Shown here: piece after piece, positions 1 through 13,665 of the stretch
How positions within the stretch are numbered: position 1 is the first letter of the stretch
Layout: each line of letters begins with the position of its first letter
Origin: Selaginella moellendorffii
Taxonomy: Eukaryota; Plantae; Lycopodiophyta
Length of the DNA: 64,000 bases
Direction of reading: 5' to 3'
NCBI RefSeq assembly: GCF_000143415.4
Contig: NW_003314292.1
Location: forward strand, 1,750,100-1,814,099
Notes under the pieces: model-generated
The model's input: only the letters and a program-made list of their open reading frames with translations
Database searches by the model: none
What the model was told of the DNA's origin: nothing
Translations under genes and position numbers: made by a program

Positions 1-141
1 AAAAGCAAGATTTAAGAAGCACCAGCAAAATGATCCAGTGTCTTCTTTAGAAAAACAGCACAAAAGTCATAGCAGACCAAGGAGGAAGAGTGGGGACCTT
101 ATCAAAGTTCACTACTACACCAACAGCAGTAATCAATTATC

Positions 142-3100
142 GTGATGGCAGCAATACCACCACCAGCAGTTACTGGCCGGATGAAATATCCAACATATGT
201 GACATTTGGTGATCCTGATGAGCATGTCACCATATTTGAGAACATGACAACGGCCAATAGTGATCAAACTTTGCAGCAGAGACTTTTTCCAGTGACGTTA
301 AAGGATGTTGCCACAGAGTGGTATGCAGTAGCAGTGGCAAGAGCAACTTTCACTGATTGGGATGATTTGAAGACTGCATTTTTAAATGCTTTTCACCCAA
401 GTTTTAAATGCTTTTTAAATGCTGCAATGAGATTTCAGCGACTCCTCTCGAAGAAGGATCCAAAACCTATAGAAGATGATCAGGTTTGATATTTTTGGCA
501 AGGCTTACCAAAGAACACATCCTTCTATGTGCGATGCCATGAACCAGCTGATTTTGACACAACAATCACTTTGGCATCACAGTTTGAGCAGGCCAAGTTG
601 CCAAGTCATTCCAGACATGTTCAAGTATCATCAGTCTTTCGAGGAATGGCTACACAGTCAGTAGGCTTGCTAGATCATACAAATCTAGGAGTCTATCCAA
701 GTGGAGTACCTGGAATTTTGAATCTAGCGAGTGTGACAGCTCTAACTTTGATCCCAGCAATGGCTCCAATGGCTCCTATGCAATTTTAGGTTCCAGCTCC
801 ATCACTAGAGGTGCAGATGAACAAGGTTAAAGAAGATTTAATTGAGGCTCTTACAAAGAAGATGGGGGACTTACAAATTAATTGGATCAAGGGTGTTCAA
901 AATCTTCCCCAGCCAGTGTGTGATCGCTCAAATGTCTAGTGTGTGAAATGTAAGAATTATGGTCACTATCCAAATGAGTGTCCTGTCCAACAAGCGAGAG
1001 TAAATTGTCAATTATGTGGTCATACTAACCATGCATTGGAAAATTGTTTTAATGAGAGCACAAGTATAAGCAGTACCTGTCTATTAGCAGCAGCAGCCTT
1101 ATATGCAATGTGTGTCTCCATCAGTGAGTTTTCCACAATCGCAAGTACCTGTGGTTCCAAGTTATCATGTTCAAATGCAAACTCCATCACCATATTGGCC
1201 ACAAGTTCCATACCAAGAGAATACAATGCAACAGTGTTCCAGCATATGCTGTAGGAGTTGGAGTGCAACAGCAGCAAGGGATGGACATGGAAGAGGCTGT
1301 GGCAGAGGTCCTCAATGCTATAGATGCTAGGAGTTTGGTCATATTCAAGTAGATTGTCCAAATGTAAAGAAGCTAGAAGATTACCAACCAATGTGTGGGA
1401 TGTGTAGAACTCAAGGCCTCCATCCTCAAGATCATTGTCCTCACAAGTTGAAGCAGGACTATGGCAAGCAAGTAGTCGATTCGCAAGCTGTGTTTGTTCA
1501 AGAAGCAGACCTAGACTAAACTCATTATAAGCTAGGCACAAGTCGTGGTTGTGAAAGAAAAATGTGCCTACCTGGATGGTGCAAACTCGCAGCCAGAGCA
1601 TGATCAAAATGAGGGGGTTTTTGCAGATCTTGAAGAAGAGAGTGATCCTGAGCGCATTGCAAGAAGGCAGAGGGGTGAGGCCAGGTAAAAGGAGGCGAGA
1701 AATTTTAGATCAAGTCCTATTTTAGTTCAAGTCAAGAACAGAAAGGAAGATGAAGTGGGTGCTCCAAATTCAATGGCAATACTTGAGAATGTAGATGTTC
1801 CTTCTCCAACGTAGGTGAGTGAGCTCTTTGATCATTTTAGAGGGAGTAAGAAGCCACTCAGAGCAAGGAAGAAGCACAGGTATAAACAAGTCTTGAATCT
1901 GGAAGCTACTCCTTATTATTTTGAGGGATCTAGACAATAAAAAACCAACAATTACTTTTGCTCAGTTACTTCAGTTAGCTCCAGGGATTCGGAGGGTTGT
2001 TTCTGCTGCAATGCAATCTCATAGAGAGGTAGTGGTGAATTCAGTATGGCTAATCATAGCAGATATGTCTTCTCCGGTGATTGAGGTGGAGATAGCAGTA
2101 TTCCAGATGAGATGGCATTTAAGCTTGGCTTAAGAGTTCCTGTACCAGTGAATTTCTATGTTAGGATGGTCGAGTGAAGCCGTTGGGAGTTCTTACAGGT
2201 GTGAAGATGGACGTAGCAGGGCTGAACTTTTACGTGGATTTTGTGGTTCTTAGGATGAGTCTTGGTGAATTAACTTATCCATTGCTTCTAGGCCAACCCT
2301 GGTTGGTGCAAGTTGATGCTGCTTAATACTATCGTAAAGGCTTGATGAGGATTCAAAGTGGAAATTTCAAATGCAAGATTCAAGTTAGTGTCTGAGCAAT
2401 GTCAAAGTTGAACCAGTCAGTGGAAATTGAGAGGAATGATGACAACAATGACACTACTTCTTGCAGTGAGGAAGAGGAGAATTCTTGCTTTAATTCAAGT
2501 TCTAGTGATGACTCAGAAGAGGACAAAGAAACAGCTCTGGTCCAGAAAGAGAAGATGACAAATTATGCCGACTCGGCCTTGTCATGTTTTGAGCATGATT
2601 CTAGTAGTGATCGTTTGAAGCATTGGTTATGAAAAGGGGATGTGGTATGTAGCATGGTACAAGTTGAAGTTCCAGAGCTTTCAAACGAGGCTAAGCTATC
2701 GCAGTACCTAGAACATTTTTTGCAAGTAGAGGTGGCAGAAAAATCTTTCACAATCAATGAAGAGCCAGCAATAAAGATTGGAAAGGAGTCGAGATTTATC
2801 AGCCTCCTGAGTTGATCAATTTGGATTTGGGGATGCCAAGAAGTTCTAGGGGGGTGAGGATTGGTGCCCAACTAGATCACAAGAAGCAGATGTGTTTAGC
2901 GAAATTGCTGTCTAACCATTAAGATGTTTTTGTGTGGACATACAAGGATATGAAGGGAATTGATCCAGATTTAGCTGTCCACGAGATTCCTCTAGTTCCT
3001 GGTGCTGTGCTAATGTGTCAACAACCCTATTGCTCTAATCCCCATTACTCCAAGTCTGTGAGAGAAGAGATTGAGAAGTTGTTGTGAGTTGGTTTTATCT

Positions 3101-5744
3101 TTGAAGTGGAAGTTGGTGAGTGGCTTTCTCTGATTGTAGTCGTCAAGAAGAAGAATGGTTAGCTCCAAATTTGTGTAGATTACAGGGAGCTAAATGATGC
3201 AACAAGGAAGGACGGCTTTCCATTGCCATTTATGGACACAGTGTTGGATTTAGTTGCAGGCTATGGGCTCTACTCTTTTCTTGATGCTTTTAGTGGCTAC
3301 AATCAAGTTCAAATAGCTAAAGAGGACCATCTTAAGACTACATTTGTGACAGAGTGCAGATGCTATGCATATCAGGTGATGCCTTTTGGCTTAACAAACT
3401 TCCAAAGAGTGGTAACGGCAGCCTTCCAACCTTTTATGCGAGATTTCATAGAGGTATTTTTGGATGATTTTAGTGTGTTCACTGATGTTGAACAACACAA
3501 GAAGAGGCTTGCAAGTTTCTTTGACAAGTGCAGGCAATTTGGAATTTTGCTCAACCCTTTCAAGTGTAGTTTTGGAGCTACGCATGGAATACTATTGGGA
3601 AGGATTGCTTCTTGAGAAGGATTAGCAATTGATCCTAGTAAGATGAAAGCTATTCAAGCTTTGCCAGCTCAGTAAATGTGAAGCAATTGCAAGCTTTCTT
3701 GGGACATGTAGGATACCATCACAGGTTTGTGAGAAGATATGCTGAAAAAGCACAGTTTAAAATAGTTCTTAAGCCTAGGCAAAATCCAGTATGCTAGATC
3801 ATCTTTCTCGATTGCCAACTCTTATTGCAGATGAAGAAAAGGGTGTTGATGATGAGCTACTAGATGCAAATGTTTTTTAGGTGGATCTTGAGAGTTTGGA
3901 CGAGTAGATTTTTTAAGTTGAAGCTATTCCTAAGTGGTATTCTGAGTAGTGCAATTTTTGGCGAGTGGTGAGTATCCTCTAGAATTTTCAACCAAGCAAA
4001 AGGAATTATTGCTTCTTCAATCTTGTCAATTTACTCTTATTGCGAGGTAGTTGTATCAAGTGGGAAATGATGGCATGCTCAGAAGATGTGTTTTATTGCA
4101 TAAGGTACCTTCAATTATATATTCTTGCCATGATTCACCGGTTGGTGGACATTTTGAAGTGGAGGCCACAATCAAGTTGGTGAAGAGAGCAAGTTATTGG
4201 TGGCCAACTATATGTAAGGATGTTGCAGATTATGTGTGAGGTTATGATCTATGTCAGAGGATAAAGAAGCTAACACGACATGATATGATGCAATTGCAAT
4301 CACTTCTTCCAGTTTTACTATTTAAGAAGTGGGGAATTGATTTTATGGGACCTCTTCCATCTTCCAAGCATACTCACTGTAGGTATGTGCTAGTGTGTAC
4401 AGATTATGTGACCAAGTGGGCTAAGGTGAAAGCGTTGAAAGAAGCTACAGGCAGGAAAGTTGCTAAGTTCTTGTACAAGCAAGTCATTATTAGGTTTGGT
4501 TGTCCATTAGAGCTAGTTAGTGACAGAAGTTCTCATTTTCTAAATGAGGTGGTAGCTTCATTGACAGAACTGTATAGTGTGGCTCATAGGAAATCAATGC
4601 CATATTATCCTCGTTGTAATGGTCAGGTCGAGCAGATTAATGGTATGCTTTGCAATATTATTTCAAAGACTTGTTCAGCCAACAGGATAGATTGGGACAA
4701 GCAGCTTTTAGATGTAGTTTAGGCTTATAGGGTGGCTTTCAAAGTGATGACATAGGCTTCACCATTTCAGCTGGTGTATGGACAGGAAGCAGTGTTGCCA
4801 AGTGAGCTGGAAATTCCATCTTTGTGTACAGCTGTGGAACATGATCTTGACTGGGATGGGGCTATCAAAAACAGGTTGCAGCAGCTGGATAAGTCAATGT
4901 GAGTGAATGGTTATCAAGTGAAAAAATACTTTAAGCAATCTTCTTTGTGTCTCGAGGACAATGCACCAAGTATAGTGGTGGGGTGATGTCAATGATAAAA
5001 CATTGTTAAGGTATGGCATTTCCTTTTCTTTTTTTCTAATATTTGAAGAGTTGGCGAGTTGTGGAATGAAGAAGTGTCGAGATTCTAGAGAATATTCAGA
5101 AGAAGGATATTCTAAGAGTTCATGACAAGAAAAAAAGAAGTTAAGAGAAGTTAGGGAAGAGAGGAGAATGACAAGTGGAGCTTGGCATGAGTCAGAGAGG
5201 CAAAACAATGGAGCACAACATAGAGCTGATGTGGTGATGTGGCATATTTAAGTGCGGCAATGTGTGGAACAAACAAGATTATTTGGTGAGCAGCAAGTGA
5301 GTACAGTGTGCCACACTATGGGCAAGAGTGGACTAGGCTACTAGCTGAAGTCTTGGCTGAATTGTTAGAGGAATAAAAGGTTTTATTCCTATGCAGCTTT
5401 TGGAGTATGAGTTCAGGGTTCTAGTTGGACTTCTAGTTGTCAGGCATTAATTGACACTCCAAAGATGCTTTTTTTGCACCAGGAGCTCCACAAACTTTTT
5501 GTTCAAGTAATGGAGTGTAGGAAGAAGATGACATTAAAATTTCTTTACTATCAAAGGTGATGATGCTTTTGTCTATCACAAAGCAATGGTGGTTGGATTG
5601 AAGACCAAGGTATGCTTTGTTTGGTGTGTGATAAACAATGACTTTCACACCTCCCAAGTGAGGAATATAAAAGAATTGAGATTAGTTGAGGAAGATCTGA
5701 GAGATGTTGTTCACTACTACAAGAATTTTGATTAGGATTTGACA
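142..5744 (+). mobile_element. Decayed Ty3/gypsy (non-chromovirus-like) LTR retrotransposon, 5' end outside the window
   Basis: gag-like segment (142-600), CCHC knuckles (CKNYGHYPNEC, CQLCGHTNHALENC), RT (ICVDYRELN..FPLPFMD..YSFLDAFSGYNQ..VFLDDF, about 2900-3740), integrase (HDSPVGGH, WGIDFMGP, LVSDRSSHF, YYPRCNGQVE, 4050-4900). Many stops and frameshifts. RT-before-integrase order is gypsy. Confidence 0.93.
4987..5744 (+). repeat. Putative 3' LTR of the first gypsy element
   Basis: Starts TGTCAA directly after the purine-rich AGTGGTGGGGTGA and ends with the inverted TTGACA. The partner LTR is not in the window. Confidence 0.7.
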
Positions 5745-6571
5745 TGTATGGAAGATATGGGAATAAGCCAACTATAGAGTTTTTGCTGGTACATTATTAA
5801 TGACTAGACAATGAAGAAGATTTTTTAACATGTAGCTACCATATGCTAAAATATTTTTGGTATAAGTCTTAAACACACTTCTTTAATTTACTTGTGATCA
5901 GGATTTAGTGTTTAGTGGTAATTTTCTTGTTTAAAGTCCATATTTACTTGTTTTATCACTTATTTTACTTCTTAGATCTTTGTCTTGAAACTGGAAGATA
6001 AAATTCTAAAAGAAAAAAGAAGGAAAAATAGATTTATATTGAACACTCTAAATATAAAAATTTTAAAACAGTATTTTTATATGATCTTATTTGGGTATGG
6101 GTCTTTATTAATCTTAAAATGCCCATGGATGTGCATGGTGACTGTTGAGATCAAATCTTATGAATAAAGGATTGAGGTATGAATCCCATTATGGACAATA
6201 ATGGTAAAATACACTTTAGTAAATATAAATTATGGTAAATACATATCTATAAACACTACATACTGTCACTAAAATATATCAATCAACCTTTTTTTGGATC
6301 TAGAGCTATAATATCATCAACCATTTCTTTGCTATATAGAAGATGATACCAACAATTGCCATGGAGATAAGGAAAACATATCATAAACATGAAGAAAGAT
6401 GGGCTCTAGGATTTCTACATTCTACTGAAAGTTTAAGACATAGGGAAGAGTTTTAACTATTGTACTATAGATTTAAACTCATAAGAAATGACAGGATTAA
6501 ATAAATACCAAAATTAAGCTCTCTTCAATCTTACATGTTGCAAAACCATTGACACCTTTTTTTTAAAAAAT

Positions 6572-6690
<119 letters not shown>

Positions 6691-7293
6691 TAGCTATACA
6701 AAATTATGCCAGACACTATTTGTTGCAGCTGGTACTACAAGCGCTCAAGACAATGATTAGATTCAACATAGTTCTGTTATAGTTTTAAAACCATAATTTA
6801 AATTTTTTACTAACTATTATTAATTATATCAAAGCATATACAAGTATATTCATATAAGATGGCATTAAAATAATGTATTATATTATATCATATAGTATAT
6901 TCAATGTTAATGCATGAAATGAAGGGCATTTCTTACAATATAATAAATTGTATTGATAATCCAAATAGATAACTATTATATGAGAAGAGAAGGTGATTAC
7001 TTATGTTAAAAATTACTAAAAGCGGTTTTAAGAAATCTATTAATTATAAAATTTGATCAAAAAAATATAAAATAAAATGAAGTTAATTAATTTGAATATA
7101 TTAATTATAAGTTGAAAAACTAATTTGTACTATATTAAAATATTAATAAACAGAATTAATGAAATTTTTTCAAAAACCTAATGTAAAATGACTTCCCAAT
7201 TCCAAATTGATCATGATGATATTGCAAATTTCTAGGAAGGGTATAATTAAGACATTTTCAAATTCTTGATTTGCAAATAATTTTTTTTGCTTT

Positions 7294-10200
7294 GGTGAGT
7301 GCATGAAATATGGAAAGGGAATACAGAAAATGTGCATATCAATTAGCCCAAAAACTCTAGCTTATATACAGGAGTGAGTAGTCCCGATTGAAACTAATCC
7401 GACAGCTACCAAAATCCCATTATGTTAATATTAGTATACGGCATTGTAGCCATACACTTCGCCCTCACATCATCCCCTCCTCTTGGAATAATGGAAGACC
7501 ATTAGGGTTTTGTTGTAGACGGGCCAGGATGTGGAGGAACGTTAGAAGGAGGCATTGGCAGATCTGTAAGTGGTATTAACTGCTCCTGATCCCTTTGTAT
7601 GAAGCATTTCAACCACTGCACATGCACAATCTCTGGAGGATCAGCTTGCTGGACGTCATGTCGAACCTCATAAACTTGTGGTCCAACTTGCCACAACACC
7701 TGATACGGTCCTTTCCACTATGCAAGGAGCCCTTTAGATAAACCACATACCGTAAGATGAGGAAAATAGATTAACACCAAATCATCCACTTTGTACTCCG
7801 TAGGTGGATGATAATGGGAGTTGTAGTGCCGTTATTGTCCCACTTATACACAGCTTAAGTGTTTGGCAGACTCTACTCGAACAAGTGGAAGAATGCTCGT
7901 CAAATACTGATCCCACGACCTAGCATCGGCAGCTCGTGGCAATCGTGAAGGTAAACCCAGCTCCATTAGTAATATTGGATCATGACCATATAGGAGTTTA
8001 TACAGTGAAGCACCAATAGAACTCTGCACCCTTGTAACATATGTATACCGAAGAGACGACAAATAACCATCCTAATCCGAATGCTGAAAGTTTACATACT
8101 TCGCAATCATCCCTTTGAATGTTCGAACAAATCATTCCACCAGACTGTCTGATTGTGGATGATAAGCACTCGTGAAAGTGTGGCGTATCCCTAACCGAGA
8201 TGTCAAAACATGAAATGCCTCAGCCATAAATACGGGACTATTATCCGAAAGAATCTGATTTGGACAAGAATGCTGGAACACCACTCGATTGAGGAGGAAG
8301 TATCTAACAGCAGTTGCAAAGGCGCTAGCAAGAGCACCAACTTCCACCCAACAAGTCAAGTAGTCAGAAGCAATAATAACATACTCATTACTAACAGTTA
8401 ACTGTGGAAAAGGTCCCATAAGATCAAACACCACAAACTCAAACAAACGGGAAATTGCAATTGACTCCAACTGTCCTTCCGTGGCATAAGGGGGAGTATT
8501 ACAAGTTTGGCACCAAACGCAGCTACGCACATATCAGATAATATCACATCACATCTTGGGCTAATAAAAAGACTTGCACAGCTTCTCGGTTACACAATAA
8601 TGTCCCATATGCCCACCTAGAATAGGAGAATCATGGTAGGCATGGAGAAACCGCGGAATAAAGACAAAAGGCACCACCAGCCATAAATGATCATTAGAAT
8701 CCGTCCCCACAAAATAAAGAAGGCCGTCTTTAAGGTAATATTGAGAATGTAAATGCCGGAAAGGCAAGTCATCAGCAAGTGATGCAAGATTCTCAAATCC
8801 ATTTTCAAGCCTTCGAATCCATGGCTCAAACTTTTGAGCCTTGCAAACCTCATCAAGAGAAGGTAGATCTTGCTCTACACCTTGTGAATATTAAACGTTA
8901 ATTACAGCAACTACTGACGGCATAGAATCCTTGTCTAGAAAAATCCACAGAACAAGCTCGTCAGAAACATGAGAAGAGAGTGGAGAAGGAAGAGGAGCTC
9001 GAGAAAGGGCATTAGCATCAATCAGTCATAGAACTCCTTGGGCGATGAACAACATCAAAATCATGTATCTGAAGCTTCAAATCCCACCGAGTAGTACAAT
9101 CAACCAGGTTCTTCTACTTCAATAATGAAGTAATGGTAGCATGGTCACCTTCAAGTAATATCTGAGAACCATGTAGATATGCATGAAGTTTCTCGAAACC
9201 CCAGATTGTTGCTAAGCACTCCTTCTCTATCGTGGAGTAGTTCATCTCCACTAGTTGTAATGTACATCTTATATATGCAATAGGATGGGATTGACCAAAC
9301 ACACTCAAGCTCTCTTGCATTAATACACCTCCAAAACCAATGTCAGAAGCATCTATGCGCAAAATAAAAAGTCTAGTGTAGCAGAGGAGCTGTCAATAGC
9401 TCTTTGAGATCCATGAACGCCTGCTCACAATCTGGAGACCAGATGAAATATAACGTTGATGACTTCAGCAACGCTTGCAATGGTGCAGTGCGATAAAAAA
9501 GATGATCCACAAAGCGATTAAGATACTGCACTTTGCCAAGAAACACTACACATCATTTACACACTTTGAAGTAAGGAACATTAGAACAGTCACAAGTTTG
9601 TCAGGATCAACTTGCAAACCCTAGTACCTAAGATAAGTTGTGTCCTTGGACCGAAATAAACACTTCGACCGGTTTAGCTTTAAACTAATATCCCGTAGCT
9701 GATCCAACACTTTATGAATATCACAAAAATGCTCCTCCTACATCCCCTCCAAGTGGATCAAGACATCATCAATGAAGTCAGCAGTCACCTCTGGCATCAC
9801 AAAGAACCTCATCCATCATTTGTTGAAAAGTTGCTAGAGCATTATTCAAACCAAACGGCATCACCAAGAACTCGTACAATCCAAATGGTGTGCAAAAATT
9901 AGTCTTAGGAATATTGTTTTTCGGCCATTGGTACTTGCCAGTACCCAAAAGCAAGATCTAGTTTGGTGAACCAATGATTTCGCCCTAGATGATCCAAGAG
10001 ATTAGTAATATGAGGAAGAGGGTACACATCTAGGATTGTCACTTCATTTAACGGATGATAGTCGATGCAAAAACGACTACTTCCATCAGGTCAATGTCAA
10101 AGAGATCAGAATACTCCTTCATGAGCCGGTCAACCACTGCAACACAAAGATTGTCGGAGGGATTGGAAAAGGGAAGAGCAGAACAAGATGGAAACACAGA

Positions 10201-12237
10201 AGGAAATAGTGGGGAAACAAAAGTAATGGAAGCAGAGGTAAAAGTAAAGGGACGAAGAGGTACGGAAGTGAAAGGAATGGATGAAACATAAGGAAGTATG
10301 AGACAAAGGGGAGAAGTTTTAAAGTCACACTTGGCATGATTGCATTGCAACTAATCCATACTAAAGATGATGTCAAAAGCCTGACTCGGCACCACTCGCA
10401 ATAATTGCAACTCAAGCTCGAGATCGCCCATACGCACAACCAGGTCTGCGTCATCCTGTGCATATGCATGTGTACGGCCACTGCCATAAAGAATGAAAAC
10501 TAATTCCGCTGCACGACGCAAGTGTAGACAGCAATGTGTGGCAACAGGTTGAGCAATAGAAGATAAACTCAAACCTGTATCAACCAACACAGAGAGAATA
10601 ATAAGAGACCTTTTGTTATAAAAATGAGCTTGGAAAGTAAACACTAGATGAACCGGTGCCGAATGAACCCCTTGATGATACTCTCAAAAGAAAGATGGAG
10701 GGCTCACTGACTTATTCATGTAAGGTCCTTTCGTTACTCGTGTGACACCTCATTTCCCAGATGCATTTTGGTGTTTAGACCTTCTACTACAATAGCACCA
10801 ACAAGATGTTATTGACACCACCTAGGAAATGAAGGTTGCCAATCCAGAAAATGCTGACAACGCCGATAAGTGTGACCAACTTCATCACATGCCCAATAGT
10901 GAACGTCATGGCCACGACCACGTCCTCGCCCTTGTCCTTAGACTCGAGCAGCAACAGCATCAACCTCCATTGGAACAAGACCATCGCCCATAGAAAGGGG
11001 AGTAGAAGGACAAGCAGCGAGAAGTGGAAGAGGTGATGTCTCATAATATTGTGCTAAGCAAAGAGCATCGTCAAGGGTGGCTGGAGCAAGTGCATGCACA
11101 AGTCCGACAAGATCTTGACGAAGTGCTGGCCACAACATTCCTAGCTTGATTCGCTCTGACATATTTGGCTCTGCATGAAGCTAAAAACTTCGGAAACAAA
11201 TGCCAAATTGCATCACCGGTTGGTGAAGAGGATGCAATTGTTAAAAGGCATTATCACAATCGTCAGCATGTCCGAATGTGCATTTGAAGACGTCTGGGAG
11301 AACACTCCAATCCCTACGAGTGGTTGCGCTCAAACCATTGTACCACTGCAACGCCATCCCTTGGAGACACGTGGGAAACTCACGCAAATGTCAAGTATTA
11401 TCCCAAGAATGATATGTGGTAATCACCGTGAAGTGATCAAACTAATAGTACACATCATCCCTAGGATTCTCGCAAAAAAACTCCAGCCAAACGCAAGGAT
11501 TTGCACCAAGAGCAAAAGGAGTTATACCATGTGCCATGAACACCACCATCAACTGAGTTTGGTTGTTTAATTGCAAATGCATAGCATCAAGCAATTGTAC
11601 CAACTGCTGCTCCAAAGTCAAAGGAGGAGATTGCTGATCTGCCATGAAAATGAACGAAAAGGAAAGAGCAAAAGAAGAGGAATGACAAAAAGCTAGAAGG
11701 AAATGAAGATTTAGACAATGTAAAAAGCTATATTTAAACCAAAAAGAACAAAAGAAAATAAATGGAAAAAGCTAGATCTAAACCAAAATCTTAAATCCAA
11801 GTGTTTTGACTTGTCCTGGTATGAACTAACGTAGGCACAAGCGCTGTTGTTTCCACTACGGGAACAGACTACTTCCTCCCCAGTGCATAGTGGATCCGAG
11901 CATGATGAAACGGAAGAAGTTGACGACGCGGAGAGATTGTAGATTGACAAAGGAGGCTGATCAATTCAAACACATTATTAGAACGTATAAACAAAAGCTT
12001 TCTTTTTGTAACTTACAATTATGTCCTGTTTTGACAAAAGTGCCCCTAAACTCCACCAATGTGAGTGTATGGAATATGGAAAGAGAATATAGAAAATGTG
12101 TATATCAATTGGTCCAAAAACCCTAATTTATATATAGGAGCGAGTGGTCCAGATTGAAATCAATCTGATGGCTACCAAAATCCCACGACGCTAATATTAA
12201 TATACAACATCATATAACTGTACACTTAGCCTTCACA
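7294..12237 (-). mobile_element. Full-span decayed Ty3/gypsy element with short (about 176 bp) LTRs
   Basis: Similar LTRs at 12060-12237 and 7294-7469. On the minus strand, PBS TGGTGGAG (tRNA-Ala-like 3' end) and PPT AAGAGGAGGGGATGA. CTTT flanks both ends. gag (11645-10900, PMEVD, CCHC), protease (VLVDTG), RT, RNase H (IDASDIGFGGVL..NYSTIEKECL) and integrase (FDLMGP, ILSDNSPVF, SAYHPQSD), all disrupted. Confidence 0.93.
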
Positions 12238-12423
12238 CTTTCAATTTTCCAACTATATAATGCACTTTTGAAACACACTTTAGAATGCAAGAAGTGCTGC
12301 ATGACCAAGAATAACAAGTCATCAGCAGATTAAAAAGAAATGGGCATAAAAAGATTTGCATATATACAGAGGATATGAATCTTAGATCTTTAGCCCCTAA
12401 AAAAAGAATTAATCTAGAGTTGA

Positions 12424-13599
12424 CTAAACATGCAGGCCTTGTAACGCAGCAAAATGCCCCCAAAACAAACATTCAGTGTGATCCCACCCGTTATATCCAA
12501 AGGATTTGGCAAGATCCTCGTCCAGATTGATACAAAACGCCCTCTTGTCCTCCACATCATACCCAAACAGTCCATCATCCCCACTTAATTCTTCTTCTTC
12601 TTCTTCTTCTTCTCGTTCTACTTTTCTCGATCCAGATCGTAGTGTGTGGTGGTTTCCCTTGGCTAGAAGCAAATTCCCACACCCGGCACAAGCAGTCACA
12701 TCATAGGCATCATCCAACACAAGCTCCCATTTCCCACTCGTCTCCTCCAGCTGATAGAGTCCATCACCCACAAGAAGCATGATTCTTTTTCCAGCACACG
12801 CAAGGCCCCGAAAGTCATAGAATGAATAATCCATCTCGATCTCCCTCTCACCGCGATAATCGGACTCCTTTCTCTTTGGAAGTGGAACCTCCTTCCAAGC
12901 ATTGGCCTCCACGTCCAGGCTCATCAACCGGGCGTCATTGTTGCCGATTTTTTCCACAAAGTATATCACCCCGTTCTTCTGTGCCTTGAGCTGTGGTATT
13001 GGTTTTGCCAAAACGGGTCTCGTCCTCCAAGATCCCCGGGACTTCAACATGGTGTCTACTCCAGTGCTGGTACTGGCACTCCACTCGTTGGAGGTGGCAT
13101 CGAAAATCTCCACCAAGTAGCCCCCTCTGTCTTTGATTCGTTCATAGTCTCCAAGGGGCTTCGTGATCCTTGGGCTGATAATGACGATCTTGAGGAGCTC
13201 GTTGGTACTTTCGTCCACGAGCATGGAGATGATCGAGGCCCTGCAAGGTTTGCTGGGCGACCTGGGAATGCTCCGATTCCATCCGGTCGCTGGATTCCAT
13301 ACCACGAGATCGAGCTTGCTGCTGGTTCCCATGCACACGAGCCCCTGCGAGTAATCCACCACATACCTCCGCGTCAGAAAATTCGCGGGCAGTTTGAACC
13401 TGTGCCAGGATCCCAGCCGGGGAAAGCACGCCCACACGGCCCTTCCCTCCCCTACCACCAAAAACCAGCGCTCGCGCTTCATCTTGGGGACGATCGCGTC
13501 GCGCCAGGATTTGGAGACCGCCACGCACTGGAAGAGATCCCACACAGGCAGCCGATCTGCCACCGGGCCCAGCGCCTCGGCGCCAGCCGTGCCACGCAT
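12424..13599 (-). CDS. F-box protein with F-box-associated/kelch-like beta-propeller C-terminus (intronless)
   Basis: N-terminal F-box signature RLPVWDLFQCVAVSKSWRDAI, then SQGLVC, LVVWNPATGW, VEIFDATSNEW and NGVIYF, typical of plant FBA/kelch F-box proteins. ATG 13599 sits next to a telo-box. Confidence 0.85.
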   Translation of the reverse strand: MRGTAGAEALGPVADRLPVWDLFQCVAVSKSWRDAIVPKMKRERWFLVVGEGRAVWACFPRLGSWHRFKLPANFLTRRYVVDYSQGLVCMGTSSKLDLVVWNPATGWNRSIPRSPSKPCRASIISMLVDESTNELLKIVIISPRITKPLGDYERIKDRGGYLVEIFDATSNEWSASTSTGVDTMLKSRGSWRTRPVLAKPIPQLKAQKNGVIYFVEKIGNNDARLMSLDVEANAWKEVPLPKRKESDYRGEREIEMDYSFYDFRGLACAGKRIMLLVGDGLYQLEETSGKWELVLDDAYDVTACAGCGNLLLAKGNHHTLRSGSRKVEREEEEEEEELSGDDGLFGYDVEDKRAFCINLDEDLAKSFGYNGWDHTECLFWGHFAALQGLHV

Positions 13600-13665
13600 T
13601 GATCGAGGACGAAGAACCCTAGTTTTGAAAATCTTGTTTGACACTTTAGGGTTTATAGGGTCGCC

